From the NCBI GenBank assembly GCA_964446625.1, contig CAYUPH010000003.1, positions 192 through 64,191 of the forward strand: a stretch of DNA of 64,000 nt. The letters run 5' to 3'. Below, piece after piece: positions 26,783-36,103 of this stretch. Source of the DNA: an uncultured Candidatus Saccharibacteria bacterium (GTDB lineage: Bacteria; Patescibacteriota; Minisyncoccia; Phycocordibacterales; CAIRYW01). A program made the position numbers and the translations under genes. The notes under the pieces were generated by a model that saw only the letters and a program-made list of their open reading frames with translations, ran no database searches and was not told where the DNA came from. Position 1 is the first letter of the stretch. Each line of letters starts with the position of its first letter.

Positions 26783-27337
26783 TTAGAGCCTTACCTTCCG
26801 AAGTCTTTTCCTTGCTTCCTCGTAGTCTGGAAGTATACTCCGAACCTCATTCCAAAAAAGCTTTCCATGATTCATTTGTCTGAGGTGGCACAGTTCGTGA
26901 ACCACAATGTAGTCAAAAAGGTCCTCTGGGAGTGCGTGCATTTTAATATTAAAATTTAAATTCCCACTTACGGAACAACTTCCCCACCTCGAAGACATTT
27001 TTTTAATACTTATCTTTTTGTAGATAAACCCATACTTCGTAGCATAGGCTTCTACTTTTTTGGTGACTATTTCGAGAACCTCTTTTCGTAGTTTCTGAAG
27101 TTCCTTCTTCCCTATCTTTTGTTTCTCTTCTTTTGGTGACTTTTCAATTTGCTCTTTTATCCACGGAGCTTTCTCTTTGAGAAATTTTTCAATAAGAAAA
27201 AGTGGTACATACCGAGGTGCACCGACTTTTACCTTTCCTCCTGGAGCGACTGTGACCCGTATACTTCGAGCCCCGCGTCTTTTCACAAGTGTGTATTCGA
27301 AACTCTCCTCTCCTTTTCCGAGCCTTTTTAACTCCAT
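26783..27337 (-). CDS. YgjP/DUF45 (M48-like) metal-dependent hydrolase
   Basis: RWGSCS, YIVVHELCHL..NH..FW. Confidence 0.92.
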   Translation of the reverse strand: MELKRLGKGEESFEYTLVKRRGARSIRVTVAPGGKVKVGAPRYVPLFLIEKFLKEKAPWIKEQIEKSPKEEKQKIGKKELQKLRKEVLEIVTKKVEAYATKYGFIYKKISIKKMSSRWGSCSVSGNLNFNIKMHALPEDLFDYIVVHELCHLRQMNHGKLFWNEVRSILPDYEEARKRLRKVRL

Positions 27338-27577
27338 TTATTTCTTTTTCCAACGGGGAGCGAAACGAATCATAAAGGTAAAGAATTTTGCTTTTAGTAC
27401 AGACATGCCGTCACGACGCATTTGTTCGTAGCACACCTTTTGAAAACCTTTTAGGTCACCCTCATAACATAGCTTTCCGTTTTTGTAGCAGAGACTACAA
27501 TAGTCCGCGGATTCGCGTACTCCAGGGTCCTTCTCAAATGGCATCAGACAGCTTTTACAATTATTGTCGCATTTCAT
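27338..27577 (-). CDS. small zinc-ribbon protein
   Basis: CKSCLMP...YCSLCY...PRW. Start moved to ATG 27577 because the longer ORF overlaps the upstream gene. Confidence 0.8.
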   Translation of the reverse strand: MKCDNNCKSCLMPFEKDPGVRESADYCSLCYKNGKLCYEGDLKGFQKVCYEQMRRDGMSVLKAKFFTFMIRFAPRWKKK

Positions 27578-27581
27578 ATAT

Positions 27582-27881
27582 TTATTTTTCTCCTTTAATG
27601 ATAATTCTTTTTTCAAATCCACCACGCTCTTCCCTCTTTTGTTTTTGTACAGCATCTGTACTTTCAAAAGAAGAGAGTTTTTTAAGCGCGTCCACGACTT
27701 CTTGTATATCAGCGAGCTCTTCCGGAACTGGATTTTCTTTAAACTCCAAAATCTCTTCCTCAAGCTTTTTTATGAGCTCTACTTTGTACTCTTCGTCGTT
27801 TGCGGCTCTCGCCTCGTAGGGCACGCCTTTTGCGTCCAGGATTTCAGGAATTTTGTCTCGTACTAGTTTGTTGTACTGCAT
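27582..27881 (-). CDS. MazG-like / phosphoribosyl-ATP pyrophosphohydrolase-like protein
   Basis: YNKLVRDKIPEI, KLEEE, EELAD, KREERGGF. Confidence 0.9.
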   Translation of the reverse strand: MQYNKLVRDKIPEILDAKGVPYEARAANDEEYKVELIKKLEEEILEFKENPVPEELADIQEVVDALKKLSSFESTDAVQKQKREERGGFEKRIIIKGEK

Positions 27882-27902
27882 ACCCTTAATTATACATAAG
27901 TT

Positions 27903-28763
27903 CTACTCTTCCCTCCCTTCTCGTATTTTGTTTGAAAAGTCAGGGTCGTCTGCATAAAGAAGCGCTTCCCTGTTTATTTTGTACTTCTCGCGAAGCGCTT
28001 CTAAACTCTCACCGTTTCCAATAAGTCCAAGATTATACGCGAGTTCATCAGAATACGCAGGCATCAGGACCTTGAAACTAAACGGCACTTTGCCAGGAAC
28101 AAGCTCGTTTACATGCGAGACAATGTTCGTTGTGCAGGTGTTTGTAATAGTGTTATAGAACTCTGGGTCCCTCTGAAGTTTGTTCGCTCGTGTAAGCATG
28201 GAGACAAAAAGCTCGCGAGCTTTCTCTTTGCCAACATTTGTTTTGTAGAGGTACACGTCGTCTCCTCTGTAGTTTGAGCGAAGCTTAATTACATCTCGCT
28301 CGTCTGCGATTACATAGACAAGTTCATACTGCCGCAGGAGTCCCTTTACTACTCCAAAAGACTCCCCTTTTTCTTTTCGAATTTCTGCAGAAACCGCAAC
28401 ATGATTCCCGTTTTCAAAACCAAAAGAAATGAGCGTGTGCGCTGCGCCTGCTCCGTGACCCTTGAAAGGTTCTACCATAAACCATACAGAATCAATTTTA
28501 GACAGATCAAATTCTTTGTCATAGTAGCTCACATCATAGTCAGTTGTTGTTCTGTAGTTTATGTTTCGGATATTTTTTACAAGTACCTTGTCCCCTTCTT
28601 CAAAGATTGCTGTCGCTAAAACCGCCTGGTCGGGAGACCAGTCTCTTTCCATACTCGGGTGAATGAAAACTGCTAGAATCGCATAGACGACAAGGTAAAG
28701 TACAATCGGTGCAAGGAGTATGTAGGCAAGTATTTTAAAAGTTTTTTTAAGTATGGGTTTCAT
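27903..28763 (-). CDS. DUF4105 / Lnb N-terminal domain membrane protein
   Basis: TM, AHTLISFGF, SAEIRKEKGE, YNTITNTCTT. Confidence 0.85.
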   Translation of the reverse strand: MKPILKKTFKILAYILLAPIVLYLVVYAILAVFIHPSMERDWSPDQAVLATAIFEEGDKVLVKNIRNINYRTTTDYDVSYYDKEFDLSKIDSVWFMVEPFKGHGAGAAHTLISFGFENGNHVAVSAEIRKEKGESFGVVKGLLRQYELVYVIADERDVIKLRSNYRGDDVYLYKTNVGKEKARELFVSMLTRANKLQRDPEFYNTITNTCTTNIVSHVNELVPGKVPFSFKVLMPAYSDELAYNLGLIGNGESLEALREKYKINREALLYADDPDFSNKIREGREE

Positions 28764-28769
28764 TTTTGT

Positions 28770-31424
28770 TTACTTCAAATCACTTAAATCTTTTTCTTTT
28801 GAAACTTTAAAGTTCTTAAATCCGATTGCCTTAAAGTGTTTATATGCCGACGCGATTTTTTGCTTCTCAGAAGGCCGCAGGTTTTCTAAGTCTTCAACAA
28901 ATTTAGTCTCCCGTACCAGATAAAGTATGTCTCCTTCCTCTTCTTTTACAACTATTGCCCAGTCAGGATTGTATCCACCAAGCGGGGTATCTATTTTAAA
29001 CCAACCAGGAAGCTTTGCGAACACTTTTACTCTAGTGCTATTTTGAAGATTTTGTGCAAATTCTTTTTCTTTTTCACTATCGAATGCTACATGAGAATAA
29101 ATAGACTTTTCAGTTTCTATTGTTTTATTTTCGTATGATTCAAATTCTTGCTCAAGGAGTTTCATTTCCCAATACTTTCCTGTTGGTACATACTGAAGCC
29201 CTTCATTTACAATGAAATCATGTTTACAACCTTCTATTATCACTATTGTACTTCGGATATACTCTTCTGGATTTTTTAAAAGAAGATCAAGATTTGATAC
29301 ACCAGAAAGTATTGAAAATACTGTTTGTTTTGTAAGACTTGTTTCTTGTGCAATTCTTTCAACCACGTTCCCAATGGAAGCTTTCCTATCTATAACCTCC
29401 CCGACACTTTGGTTTTGGTATACGGTTCGTATAGTACCGTTTTTATCCATTTCAAGTTGTACTTTATTTACCACAACAGTAGGTTTTGTGCTTGTGATAG
29501 TTTCGTTTATTTGAGAAATAATATTTTCTATCAACTTTCCTGAGTTAAGTAAAATATTATAGGTAGTCCTTTGCTTGATCTGGTTCCAGAGCGTTTCAAA
29601 ATCTGGGTGCATTTTTGTGAATTGTACAGTTACTAGCTTGTTTGCGTTTCCTGGTTTTGTCATAGTGTAGCCAGCTTCTGTATACTCTTGCTGAAGCGTA
29701 GAAGCAAATGACTCATAGCTTTCATTTGCAATCACTGTAAGGATGTTGATGTTTGATTCGTACACACGATTCCCTTCAGTATCTACTGGAAGCCGAAGCC
29801 CTCGACCAATTTTTTGACGCTTTGTAAAGTCATCATTTGTTTGGATAAGGGTGCAAATTTGGAATATGTTTGGATTATCCCAGCCTTCTTTGAGCGCTGA
29901 GTGCGAGAAAATAAATGCAAGTGGTTCCTCAAAAGAAAGTAGTTTTTCTTTATCTTTCATAATAAGGTCGTATGTAAGTTTTTCGCGCTTTGGTTCCGAG
30001 CTTACATCTGTAGTTTTTCTCCCTTCATGTTGTCGATCTTGAGAAAAATATCCATCATGCACACGAGTAATATCTACATTTTTAAATCGTTCATATCGAG
30101 TCTTCAAGCTTGCAAATTCTTCTTCAAAAATCTTTTTTATAATCGGATCTTCTCCCCGATAGTTTTTCACTTCATCAATGAAAAAAAGTGATAGTACTTT
30201 TATACGATCTCCGAACTGTTCTTGTTTTCGCATATGCGCTTTGATCGCCTCTCGTATTTGCGTACGAAAGAGTTCATCTCTATTTTCAGTATCATCAGCA
30301 GTTGAATAAGCTTTTCCATTAGAAAGCTCTACACCATCATGTTCACTTATTTCAGTCACCAAGAGATTAGCATATTTTTGATTCTTTTTTGATTTGTCAA
30401 AAAGGTCATCACCGCTTTTTATTTTTACTTCTCTGTGTTCATATTCTCCACTAGTGTTTTTCACCTCAAGTAGTACTTGTGCTGTGGGGTTTTCTCCTTT
30501 TTTGAAATTAATTTTCTTTACAGTAAAGACAAAATCGCTAGCACTTTGTACAGTCGCACCCCAGACTTCTACTTTTTTTACTAAACCTTTTGCATAGGCA
30601 TCCACAGGTGTAAGGCGGTATACGAGATTGTGCACTTCCTTATGTGTGGCACTATAGCGAAGCCGCACAAGGGGCTCTAAGAGCTTGAGTGCTTCTTTTG
30701 TTGCAGGACCTTCCATGTTTTGTGGCTCGTCCATGATCACGACCGGTTTAGTCTGTGCAATCATCTTTATATATGATTCTTCACCGTAAGTGTCATCACG
30801 ATCTGTCTGACGGAGAATAGCTGTTTCTGTAGTAAATGATTGTGTCGTCATGATCATGATTTGTATTTCTGGCGACTGTATGAAGTCTCGCACCAGGCGA
30901 AGTTTTGCGGAATCATAGGCAAAATATCCAAATGGCACATTGTCATAAATCTCACGAAAATGTTCTTTTGTCTGCTCTATTGTCTTTAGCACACCCTCAC
31001 GAATGGCCACGCTGGGAACAAGTATGATGAATTTTTTAAGTCCGTATTTCTGATTGAGTTCAAATATTGTGCGGAGATATACATATGTTTTTCCGGTCCC
31101 TGTTTCCATCTCTACAGTGAAATCTTTTAGGTTCTGTTGTTCTAAAAGTAGGTATCCACCATCTTCGAGCACCATAGATTCGCCACTCTGCGTAATGAGT
31201 CTTGAAACACTGCTTTCAATATTGTTTTGTTTTTGTATTTCTTGTAGATTCTCAATAATTCTGCTTTCATCAATATAAAGCTCGTTTGCTATGATTTGGC
31301 TTGGATTTTGAAGTTCAAATTCTATTTTATCTTTTTCAGTATTTTTTCCAGTATCAAAAAGATTAACAATCGCATTGATTGCGTCGAGTTGATAGTCTAG
31401 ATTTTTTGAGAATTTAAATTTCAT
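28770..31424 (-). CDS. res: type III restriction enzyme Res subunit
   Basis: METGTGKT, DEPQ, RYSATH, HSALKEGWDNPN, GRGLR, C-terminal YNPDWA...ETK nuclease. Confidence 0.95.
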   Translation of the reverse strand: MKFKFSKNLDYQLDAINAIVNLFDTGKNTEKDKIEFELQNPSQIIANELYIDESRIIENLQEIQKQNNIESSVSRLITQSGESMVLEDGGYLLLEQQNLKDFTVEMETGTGKTYVYLRTIFELNQKYGLKKFIILVPSVAIREGVLKTIEQTKEHFREIYDNVPFGYFAYDSAKLRLVRDFIQSPEIQIMIMTTQSFTTETAILRQTDRDDTYGEESYIKMIAQTKPVVIMDEPQNMEGPATKEALKLLEPLVRLRYSATHKEVHNLVYRLTPVDAYAKGLVKKVEVWGATVQSASDFVFTVKKINFKKGENPTAQVLLEVKNTSGEYEHREVKIKSGDDLFDKSKKNQKYANLLVTEISEHDGVELSNGKAYSTADDTENRDELFRTQIREAIKAHMRKQEQFGDRIKVLSLFFIDEVKNYRGEDPIIKKIFEEEFASLKTRYERFKNVDITRVHDGYFSQDRQHEGRKTTDVSSEPKREKLTYDLIMKDKEKLLSFEEPLAFIFSHSALKEGWDNPNIFQICTLIQTNDDFTKRQKIGRGLRLPVDTEGNRVYESNINILTVIANESYESFASTLQQEYTEAGYTMTKPGNANKLVTVQFTKMHPDFETLWNQIKQRTTYNILLNSGKLIENIISQINETITSTKPTVVVNKVQLEMDKNGTIRTVYQNQSVGEVIDRKASIGNVVERIAQETSLTKQTVFSILSGVSNLDLLLKNPEEYIRSTIVIIEGCKHDFIVNEGLQYVPTGKYWEMKLLEQEFESYENKTIETEKSIYSHVAFDSEKEKEFAQNLQNSTRVKVFAKLPGWFKIDTPLGGYNPDWAIVVKEEEGDILYLVRETKFVEDLENLRPSEKQKIASAYKHFKAIGFKNFKVSKEKDLSDLK

Positions 31425-32095
31425 TATTTTATTGAAATAATAATATTATTAATTTCATGTTCAAGTACTTTGATTATCTTTTCAATCAACTCGGTGTACA
31501 GGAAAGTTTTCTCCCTTGTTTGTTGTTCTCTTTGTTTTATCCCCGCTCCAGTTCTTGAAAAATTAAAATCAAATTCGTGCGCAATATTATTTCGGCTTCT
31601 AAATAGTGACCTGATTAGGTCCTTTTCTTCCTTAAATAATTCCTCGGGTAAACCAAATGCCTTTAGTATTTCTATAAGTTCTCCATAGTTTTGAAGACTG
31701 TGGTCTGTAAGAAGAGAGACTATCTTTTGACTTAACATATCATCTGATTTACCACTCATTAATATTTCAGACATGATTTTTAGATCAATACTATCGGTTG
31801 TATTACCAGATAATATCTCCTGTGTTTTTCCAATAAAATATTTATGAGATTTCTTGTTATTTTTTCTAACTAATTCAAGCCCATCTTCTACGATCTGTTT
31901 CATAAAAGAGTCTAAACCTGCACATCCTAAAACAATAATAGCTCGTAATAAATCTTGTTGTTGATCTGTTGCTGGACCCCTTTTGATTTTAAGATCGTCA
32001 TAGATATCAAAAAGAGAATCAATTGAATTATGAGTAGCGTCTTTTATCTTCCTACACCTGTCTAATACTTTTACCTTTTTTTCTTTACTCGCCAT
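31424..32095 (-). CDS. HEPN domain protein embedded between mod and res
   Basis: Helical protein with the R-x4-H motif RNNIAH (31577-31594); overlaps the res start. Confidence 0.75.
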   Translation of the reverse strand: MASKEKKVKVLDRCRKIKDATHNSIDSLFDIYDDLKIKRGPATDQQQDLLRAIIVLGCAGLDSFMKQIVEDGLELVRKNNKKSHKYFIGKTQEILSGNTTDSIDLKIMSEILMSGKSDDMLSQKIVSLLTDHSLQNYGELIEILKAFGLPEELFKEEKDLIRSLFRSRNNIAHEFDFNFSRTGAGIKQREQQTREKTFLYTELIEKIIKVLEHEINNIIISIK

Positions 32096-32098
32096 AGA

Positions 32099-33940
32099 TT
32101 AAACGACCTTCAAATTAATATTCCTTTCAATATTAACTTTTGTTGTATCATCGAGAGCATTATCAAAACATACAAAAATATCACCTGCCGTTAATTTTAG
32201 CTCTTCTACATCTTCTTTTGTAACCTTGTTTGAAAAACTAACAACGAGCTTTCTCTCACCTTCTGTGACAACCCAAGGCTTCAAACTACTCTTTTCCTGT
32301 TCGACTTTTGCATTTAGACCAAAACCTTCTTTTTCGAGGATTTCATACACAACAAACTTTTCATCGTAACTATCCACAAGCGGTTTCTCAATGAATAATT
32401 TTGATTGCTTTTTTAGCTCCTCAATATCATCTTCACTTGTGAGATCATTCCATTTTCGATAGTTTGAAGATGAAAGCTGAAAAGATTTAAATCCTGTATC
32501 ACCTTTTCCTATTTTTTCCCCAGCACGACGAATTCTTTCACGCGAAATTTCAGCAATATTTTTGTATCCTGCTTTGTAAGATTCACTTTTTTCGTCAGTT
32601 TCCTCCGGAAGTTGAACACAAATCCATTTTCTATTTCCCCCATCTTCTGCGTTCAAATCCATCACCGCGTGAGCTGTTGTTCCAGAACCAGCAAAAAAAT
32701 CTAGCACAATATCATCAGTATCATTATCTACTAGAGAGAAGAGGTATTTCAAAAGACGTACATTTTTTGGACTTTCAAAAATAGTGTTTTGGAATAAATC
32801 ATTGAGCTCTGTTGTACCCTCATTATTTATGCCCACTAGTTCACGCGGAATTACAGAAGAAGGAGCTCCTGTACCATCACCAAGATATTTTTTAATATAG
32901 ATATTCCAATTTGCTTGGTCACCTTTTTCATTAACTAGTGGTCCCGTTTTTGTTTGCTTAAAAACAACCATATTTTTTGCCAATGCTTCTTGAAAAGTAG
33001 GCTCTATAAATCTAAACAAATATCCTTCTTTTGGTTTTACCTTTTCTCCATCTGGACATTCAATAAAATATTTTTGATTTGTTCCCCAAGAAGAATTTTT
33101 CCATGCAAAATCTTTTTCTCGATAAATACCTACCGCGTCCTCTTTATTGTACTGTTTTTTCGCTTCCTCAGAGAGAGGTGCGTAGAAAGTTTCCGTCTCT
33201 AGTATATTTTTTGCATAACATATTACATATTGATGAGATTGGTTTACAAAATTACTTCTAATACCACCCCCTGTACTTGAGTGCCAAATAAGATTTGAGA
33301 TAAAATTCTCCTCACCAAAAATTTCATCCATTATCAATCGTAAATTCGCAACTTCATTATCATCAATAGATACAAAAATAACTCCGTCATCTTTTAGAAG
33401 ATTTCTTGCGAGAAAAAGTCGTGGGTACATCATTGTGAGCCAGTCACTGTGATATCGTCCATTTTTTTCGGTATTCGCGGTCATTTTGATACCACCTTTT
33501 GTTTGCCCTGTTTGTTCATAGTAGTCAGCAACATCTTGAGAAAAGTTATCTTTATATACAAAATCCTTACCTGTGTTATAAGGTGGATCAATATAAATCA
33601 TTTTGATCTTTTCTCGATAATGTTTTTGGAGAAGCTTTAAAACTTCCAGGTTATCACCTTCTATAAAAAGATTTTCTGTTTCGTTCCAGTTTTTTGATTC
33701 TTCAGGTTGCGGGATAAGGGTACCTGTAGAGGGTACACGAATTGCTTTAAATGAATTATTTCGTCCTGCCCAGCTGAGTCCGTATTTCTCAATATTCTCG
33801 TCCAGTTTGTTGTTGCCAAGTAAGGATTTTAGCTTTTCGATATCAAATTTGTCTTCTGAGAAGCATTCTGGGAAAATGTCCTTTAAAATCATAATCTTTT
33901 TGTCCAGGGGGTTGTTTGTTGTTGTGTTTACTTTTTCCAT
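32099..33940 (-). CDS. mod: type III R-M methyltransferase Mod subunit
   Basis: IEGDNLEVLK, YIDPPYNTG, HSDWLTMMYPRL, LDFFAGSGTT. Confidence 0.96.
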   Translation of the reverse strand: MEKVNTTTNNPLDKKIMILKDIFPECFSEDKFDIEKLKSLLGNNKLDENIEKYGLSWAGRNNSFKAIRVPSTGTLIPQPEESKNWNETENLFIEGDNLEVLKLLQKHYREKIKMIYIDPPYNTGKDFVYKDNFSQDVADYYEQTGQTKGGIKMTANTEKNGRYHSDWLTMMYPRLFLARNLLKDDGVIFVSIDDNEVANLRLIMDEIFGEENFISNLIWHSSTGGGIRSNFVNQSHQYVICYAKNILETETFYAPLSEEAKKQYNKEDAVGIYREKDFAWKNSSWGTNQKYFIECPDGEKVKPKEGYLFRFIEPTFQEALAKNMVVFKQTKTGPLVNEKGDQANWNIYIKKYLGDGTGAPSSVIPRELVGINNEGTTELNDLFQNTIFESPKNVRLLKYLFSLVDNDTDDIVLDFFAGSGTTAHAVMDLNAEDGGNRKWICVQLPEETDEKSESYKAGYKNIAEISRERIRRAGEKIGKGDTGFKSFQLSSSNYRKWNDLTSEDDIEELKKQSKLFIEKPLVDSYDEKFVVYEILEKEGFGLNAKVEQEKSSLKPWVVTEGERKLVVSFSNKVTKEDVEELKLTAGDIFVCFDNALDDTTKVNIERNINLKVV

Positions 33941-34025
33941 AATAAAAGTGTAGCATAGTTTTATAAATAATATTAAGGGGGTCCGAAACGGAGAGGTGTG
34001 AGTTAATAAACAGTTAATCTGGGTG

Positions 34026-34077
34026 TGTTACAGTGCGAAATGGTATCCGAACACGACTCAATATGTGCCGGAGCGCT
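34026..34077 (+). promoter_or_regulatory. repeated promoter/leader motif, copy A
   Basis: TGTTACAGT-N6-TGGTATCCGA...CGGAGCGCT, shared with copy B. Confidence 0.7.
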
Positions 34078-34093
34078 CATTACTTCTCATCAC

Positions 34094-34384
34094 ATGAAAC
34101 TACTTACTGCTCTAGCCTCATTGGCCCTTGCCTGCATTTTCGTGAGTTTGCATGCAAGTGCGGAGACTCCCACCTTCTTCCCTTTTCCTCCCAAAATGAC
34201 AACCTATCTTTCCGACCTGTCGGTTATATCAAATCCAGGTTGGTTCGCTATTACCCTCCTCTCTATTGCACTGCTCGCTGTTGTGGGTAGAAGGCTTGCA
34301 GAAAGGCGGAAACAGGCGAAAAGGAAAAAGGGTAAATCATGGGTGAGGTTGGCTACTCCGATTGAGGAGCCTGGGTCTCATTGA
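34094..34384 (+). CDS. small secreted/membrane protein with degenerate PEP-CTERM-like tail
   Basis: Signal peptide (..ASA), then VISNPG, TM and basic RR/K cluster. Confidence 0.6.
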   Translation: MKLLTALASLALACIFVSLHASAETPTFFPFPPKMTTYLSDLSVISNPGWFAITLLSIALLAVVGRRLAERRKQAKRKKGKSWVRLATPIEEPGSH

Positions 34385-34393
34385 TTTGTCGAG

Positions 34394-34422
34394 CCGGTTT
34401 GCTACGCAAACCGGTTTTTTTA
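34394..34422 (+). terminator. terminator, copy A
   Basis: CCGGTTTGC-TAC-GCAAACCGG followed by a U-tract. Confidence 0.85.
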
Positions 34423-34489
34423 TTATCTCCGAGGAAACTCTTTCTAAGAAGGGTGCTCTAAATCAAATATAGACGAAATAAGAAAAATA

Positions 34490-34559
34490 TGTTACAGTAT
34501 CCCTTGGTATCCGAGCCGCTTGTTTCAAACTACTAACCTCACAAGCGTATCGGAGCGCT
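34490..34559 (+). promoter_or_regulatory. repeated promoter/leader motif, copy B
   Basis: TGTTACAGT-N6-TGGTATCCGA, inner stem CGCTTGT/ACAAGCG, CGGAGCGCT. Confidence 0.7.
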
Positions 34560-34573
34560 TGTTTTTTGATATC

Positions 34574-35227
34574 ATGAAAAAGATTAGCTCTCTTCTGGCA
34601 GCCTGTGCTGTATGGATTCTTGCCTTTTTTGGTGCCGCTGCTTCGGCTGCGACTGTGACAGGCCTTTTCCTTGCCCCTAGTCCTGCTGGGAGCTATGTTA
34701 CCCAAAATCAAACTTGGGTTCATTTGGAAGGTGTCAATGGAAACACCTTCTATACTTCCAGCACTTACTACCCTGGTGACCACACTTTCTGGATGCAAAT
34801 GCTCCAGGGTCAGTCCTTTTACTGGGATGTGGAGATTCGGGCTCCATATGATACCCACCTCACAATAGGATCCTTTGTCGGCACTAGATTCCCGTTTCAA
34901 GAAAAATTCGATATGGGGGTCAGTGTGACCGGAAATGGTCGTGGGTCAAATACCTCAACCAGCTTTACTAATGTGCTGGAAGCTAACTACTTCGGGGAGA
35001 ACATCGTCAACTTTGCGGCTGACATTTTTCTTTTCGAAGAAACGTGGGATGTTAAGGAGGGTCTAAATTTTTCAACCGACCGGGCCTTGTTCGCTTCGGT
35101 TCGGTATAACTCCCATATCCCTCTCACCATAGCTGTGCCGATCCCTGAGCCGGGACCAACGGTTTTTGTGATAATCGCAGTGATTGTCATAGGGGTTGTA
35201 GTTTTCAGAAAAAGGCCAACTTCATGA
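34574..35227 (+). CDS. secreted PEP-CTERM sorting-domain protein
   Basis: Signal peptide (..ASA), beta-rich body, C-terminal VPIPEPG-TM-RKR. Confidence 0.8.
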   Translation: MKKISSLLAACAVWILAFFGAAASAATVTGLFLAPSPAGSYVTQNQTWVHLEGVNGNTFYTSSTYYPGDHTFWMQMLQGQSFYWDVEIRAPYDTHLTIGSFVGTRFPFQEKFDMGVSVTGNGRGSNTSTSFTNVLEANYFGENIVNFAADIFLFEETWDVKEGLNFSTDRALFASVRYNSHIPLTIAVPIPEPGPTVFVIIAVIVIGVVVFRKRPTS

Positions 35228-35240
35228 CGAAATTCTCGAT

Positions 35241-35268
35241 CCGGTTTGCGTAGCAAACCGGTTTTTTT
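35241..35268. terminator. terminator, copy B
   Basis: CCGGTTTGC-GTA-GCAAACCGG followed by a U-tract. Confidence 0.85.
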
Positions 35269-35270
35269 AA

Positions 35271-35705
35271 TTACTTACTTACAATATAAAGAATATAAAG
35301 GAGGAGTCCCCACCAAGATGTAAAAGAAACGAGAAAAGAAATAGTAATTTGTACTTGGAGTTTAGTCGGAAGAAGCTCACTCTCTCTTCCCTCTTTTTCT
35401 CTACCAAGGAGAAAAGGACTCACAACAAATGAAAGAAACAGTCCGTTCAAAATCATAACGCCAAGAACTCCTAGGATGTGACCAAACTCTGTGTTAGTAA
35501 GAGTGTTTGTTTTGAAAAGTAAAAGTGAACCTCCTAGAACTAAAACAGTACCAAGCCAAATAAGAGGCTTTGTTACTTTGTGCGTACGAATTGTCGCTTC
35601 GGTCCAATATGAAGATTTGCGTCCAAGGAATCCGTGTATATCAATAACAGTAACTGCTCCAAGTCCGACTACAAATCCTGCGATTGTGACGAATAGTGGA
35701 AGCAT
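35271..35705 (-). CDS. four-TM membrane protein
   Basis: Four hydrophobic helices; resembles 36104-36526 (H..IWxG, NGxF, SxxSW). Confidence 0.75.
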   Translation of the reverse strand: MLPLFVTIAGFVVGLGAVTVIDIHGFLGRKSSYWTEATIRTHKVTKPLIWLGTVLVLGGSLLLFKTNTLTNTEFGHILGVLGVMILNGLFLSFVVSPFLLGREKEGRESELLPTKLQVQITISFLVSFTSWWGLLLYILYIVSK

Positions 35706-35708
35706 ACT

Positions 35709-36098
35709 TTATTCTTGTCTAAGAGCTTTTAGCATGTAACCCTTACCTGACTTTTCTGCAAGATGACTTATTCTACCAGAGCGCATTGCGTCAGAAAGCA
35801 CCCTTTCAAATCTTTGGGTGTTGCCAAAGTATATTGCAAACGCATCTTCAATAGTTGGACCCCAACATACAGCATCTCCCGCCCTTCTGTTTGGATTATT
35901 TCTCCATCCAGCCTCAACTGCTTCTACTAGAAAATCAATAGGATCAATTTTCTCATCTCCTTCTACTTGTAGCCCCATCTGCTGCAGGAGCAAGCCACCT
36001 AGTTGAGCTTTATCTACTTTCTCTTTTTTATGAGACTCTCTCTTCGGTGTTCCACCGGGTAGCTCAGCAAAGCTTCTAAATTCTTTTTCTCCTTCCAT
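35709..36098 (-). CDS. hypothetical protein
   Basis: Tightly packed co-oriented ORF; no motif recognised. Confidence 0.6.
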   Translation of the reverse strand: MEGEKEFRSFAELPGGTPKRESHKKEKVDKAQLGGLLLQQMGLQVEGDEKIDPIDFLVEAVEAGWRNNPNRRAGDAVCWGPTIEDAFAIYFGNTQRFERVLSDAMRSGRISHLAEKSGKGYMLKALRQE

Positions 36099-36103
36099 GT
36101 TAT

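Noticed and set aside
27578-27763. N-terminal extension of the 141-aa ORF or a frameshift fusion with the MazG-like gene
   Set aside because: The extension is an alternate frame of the upstream gene. A clean ATG at 27577 gives a complete zinc-ribbon protein.
32099-33940. Phase-variable mod gene
   Set aside because: No simple-sequence repeat tract beyond ordinary short A runs, and the frame is intact.
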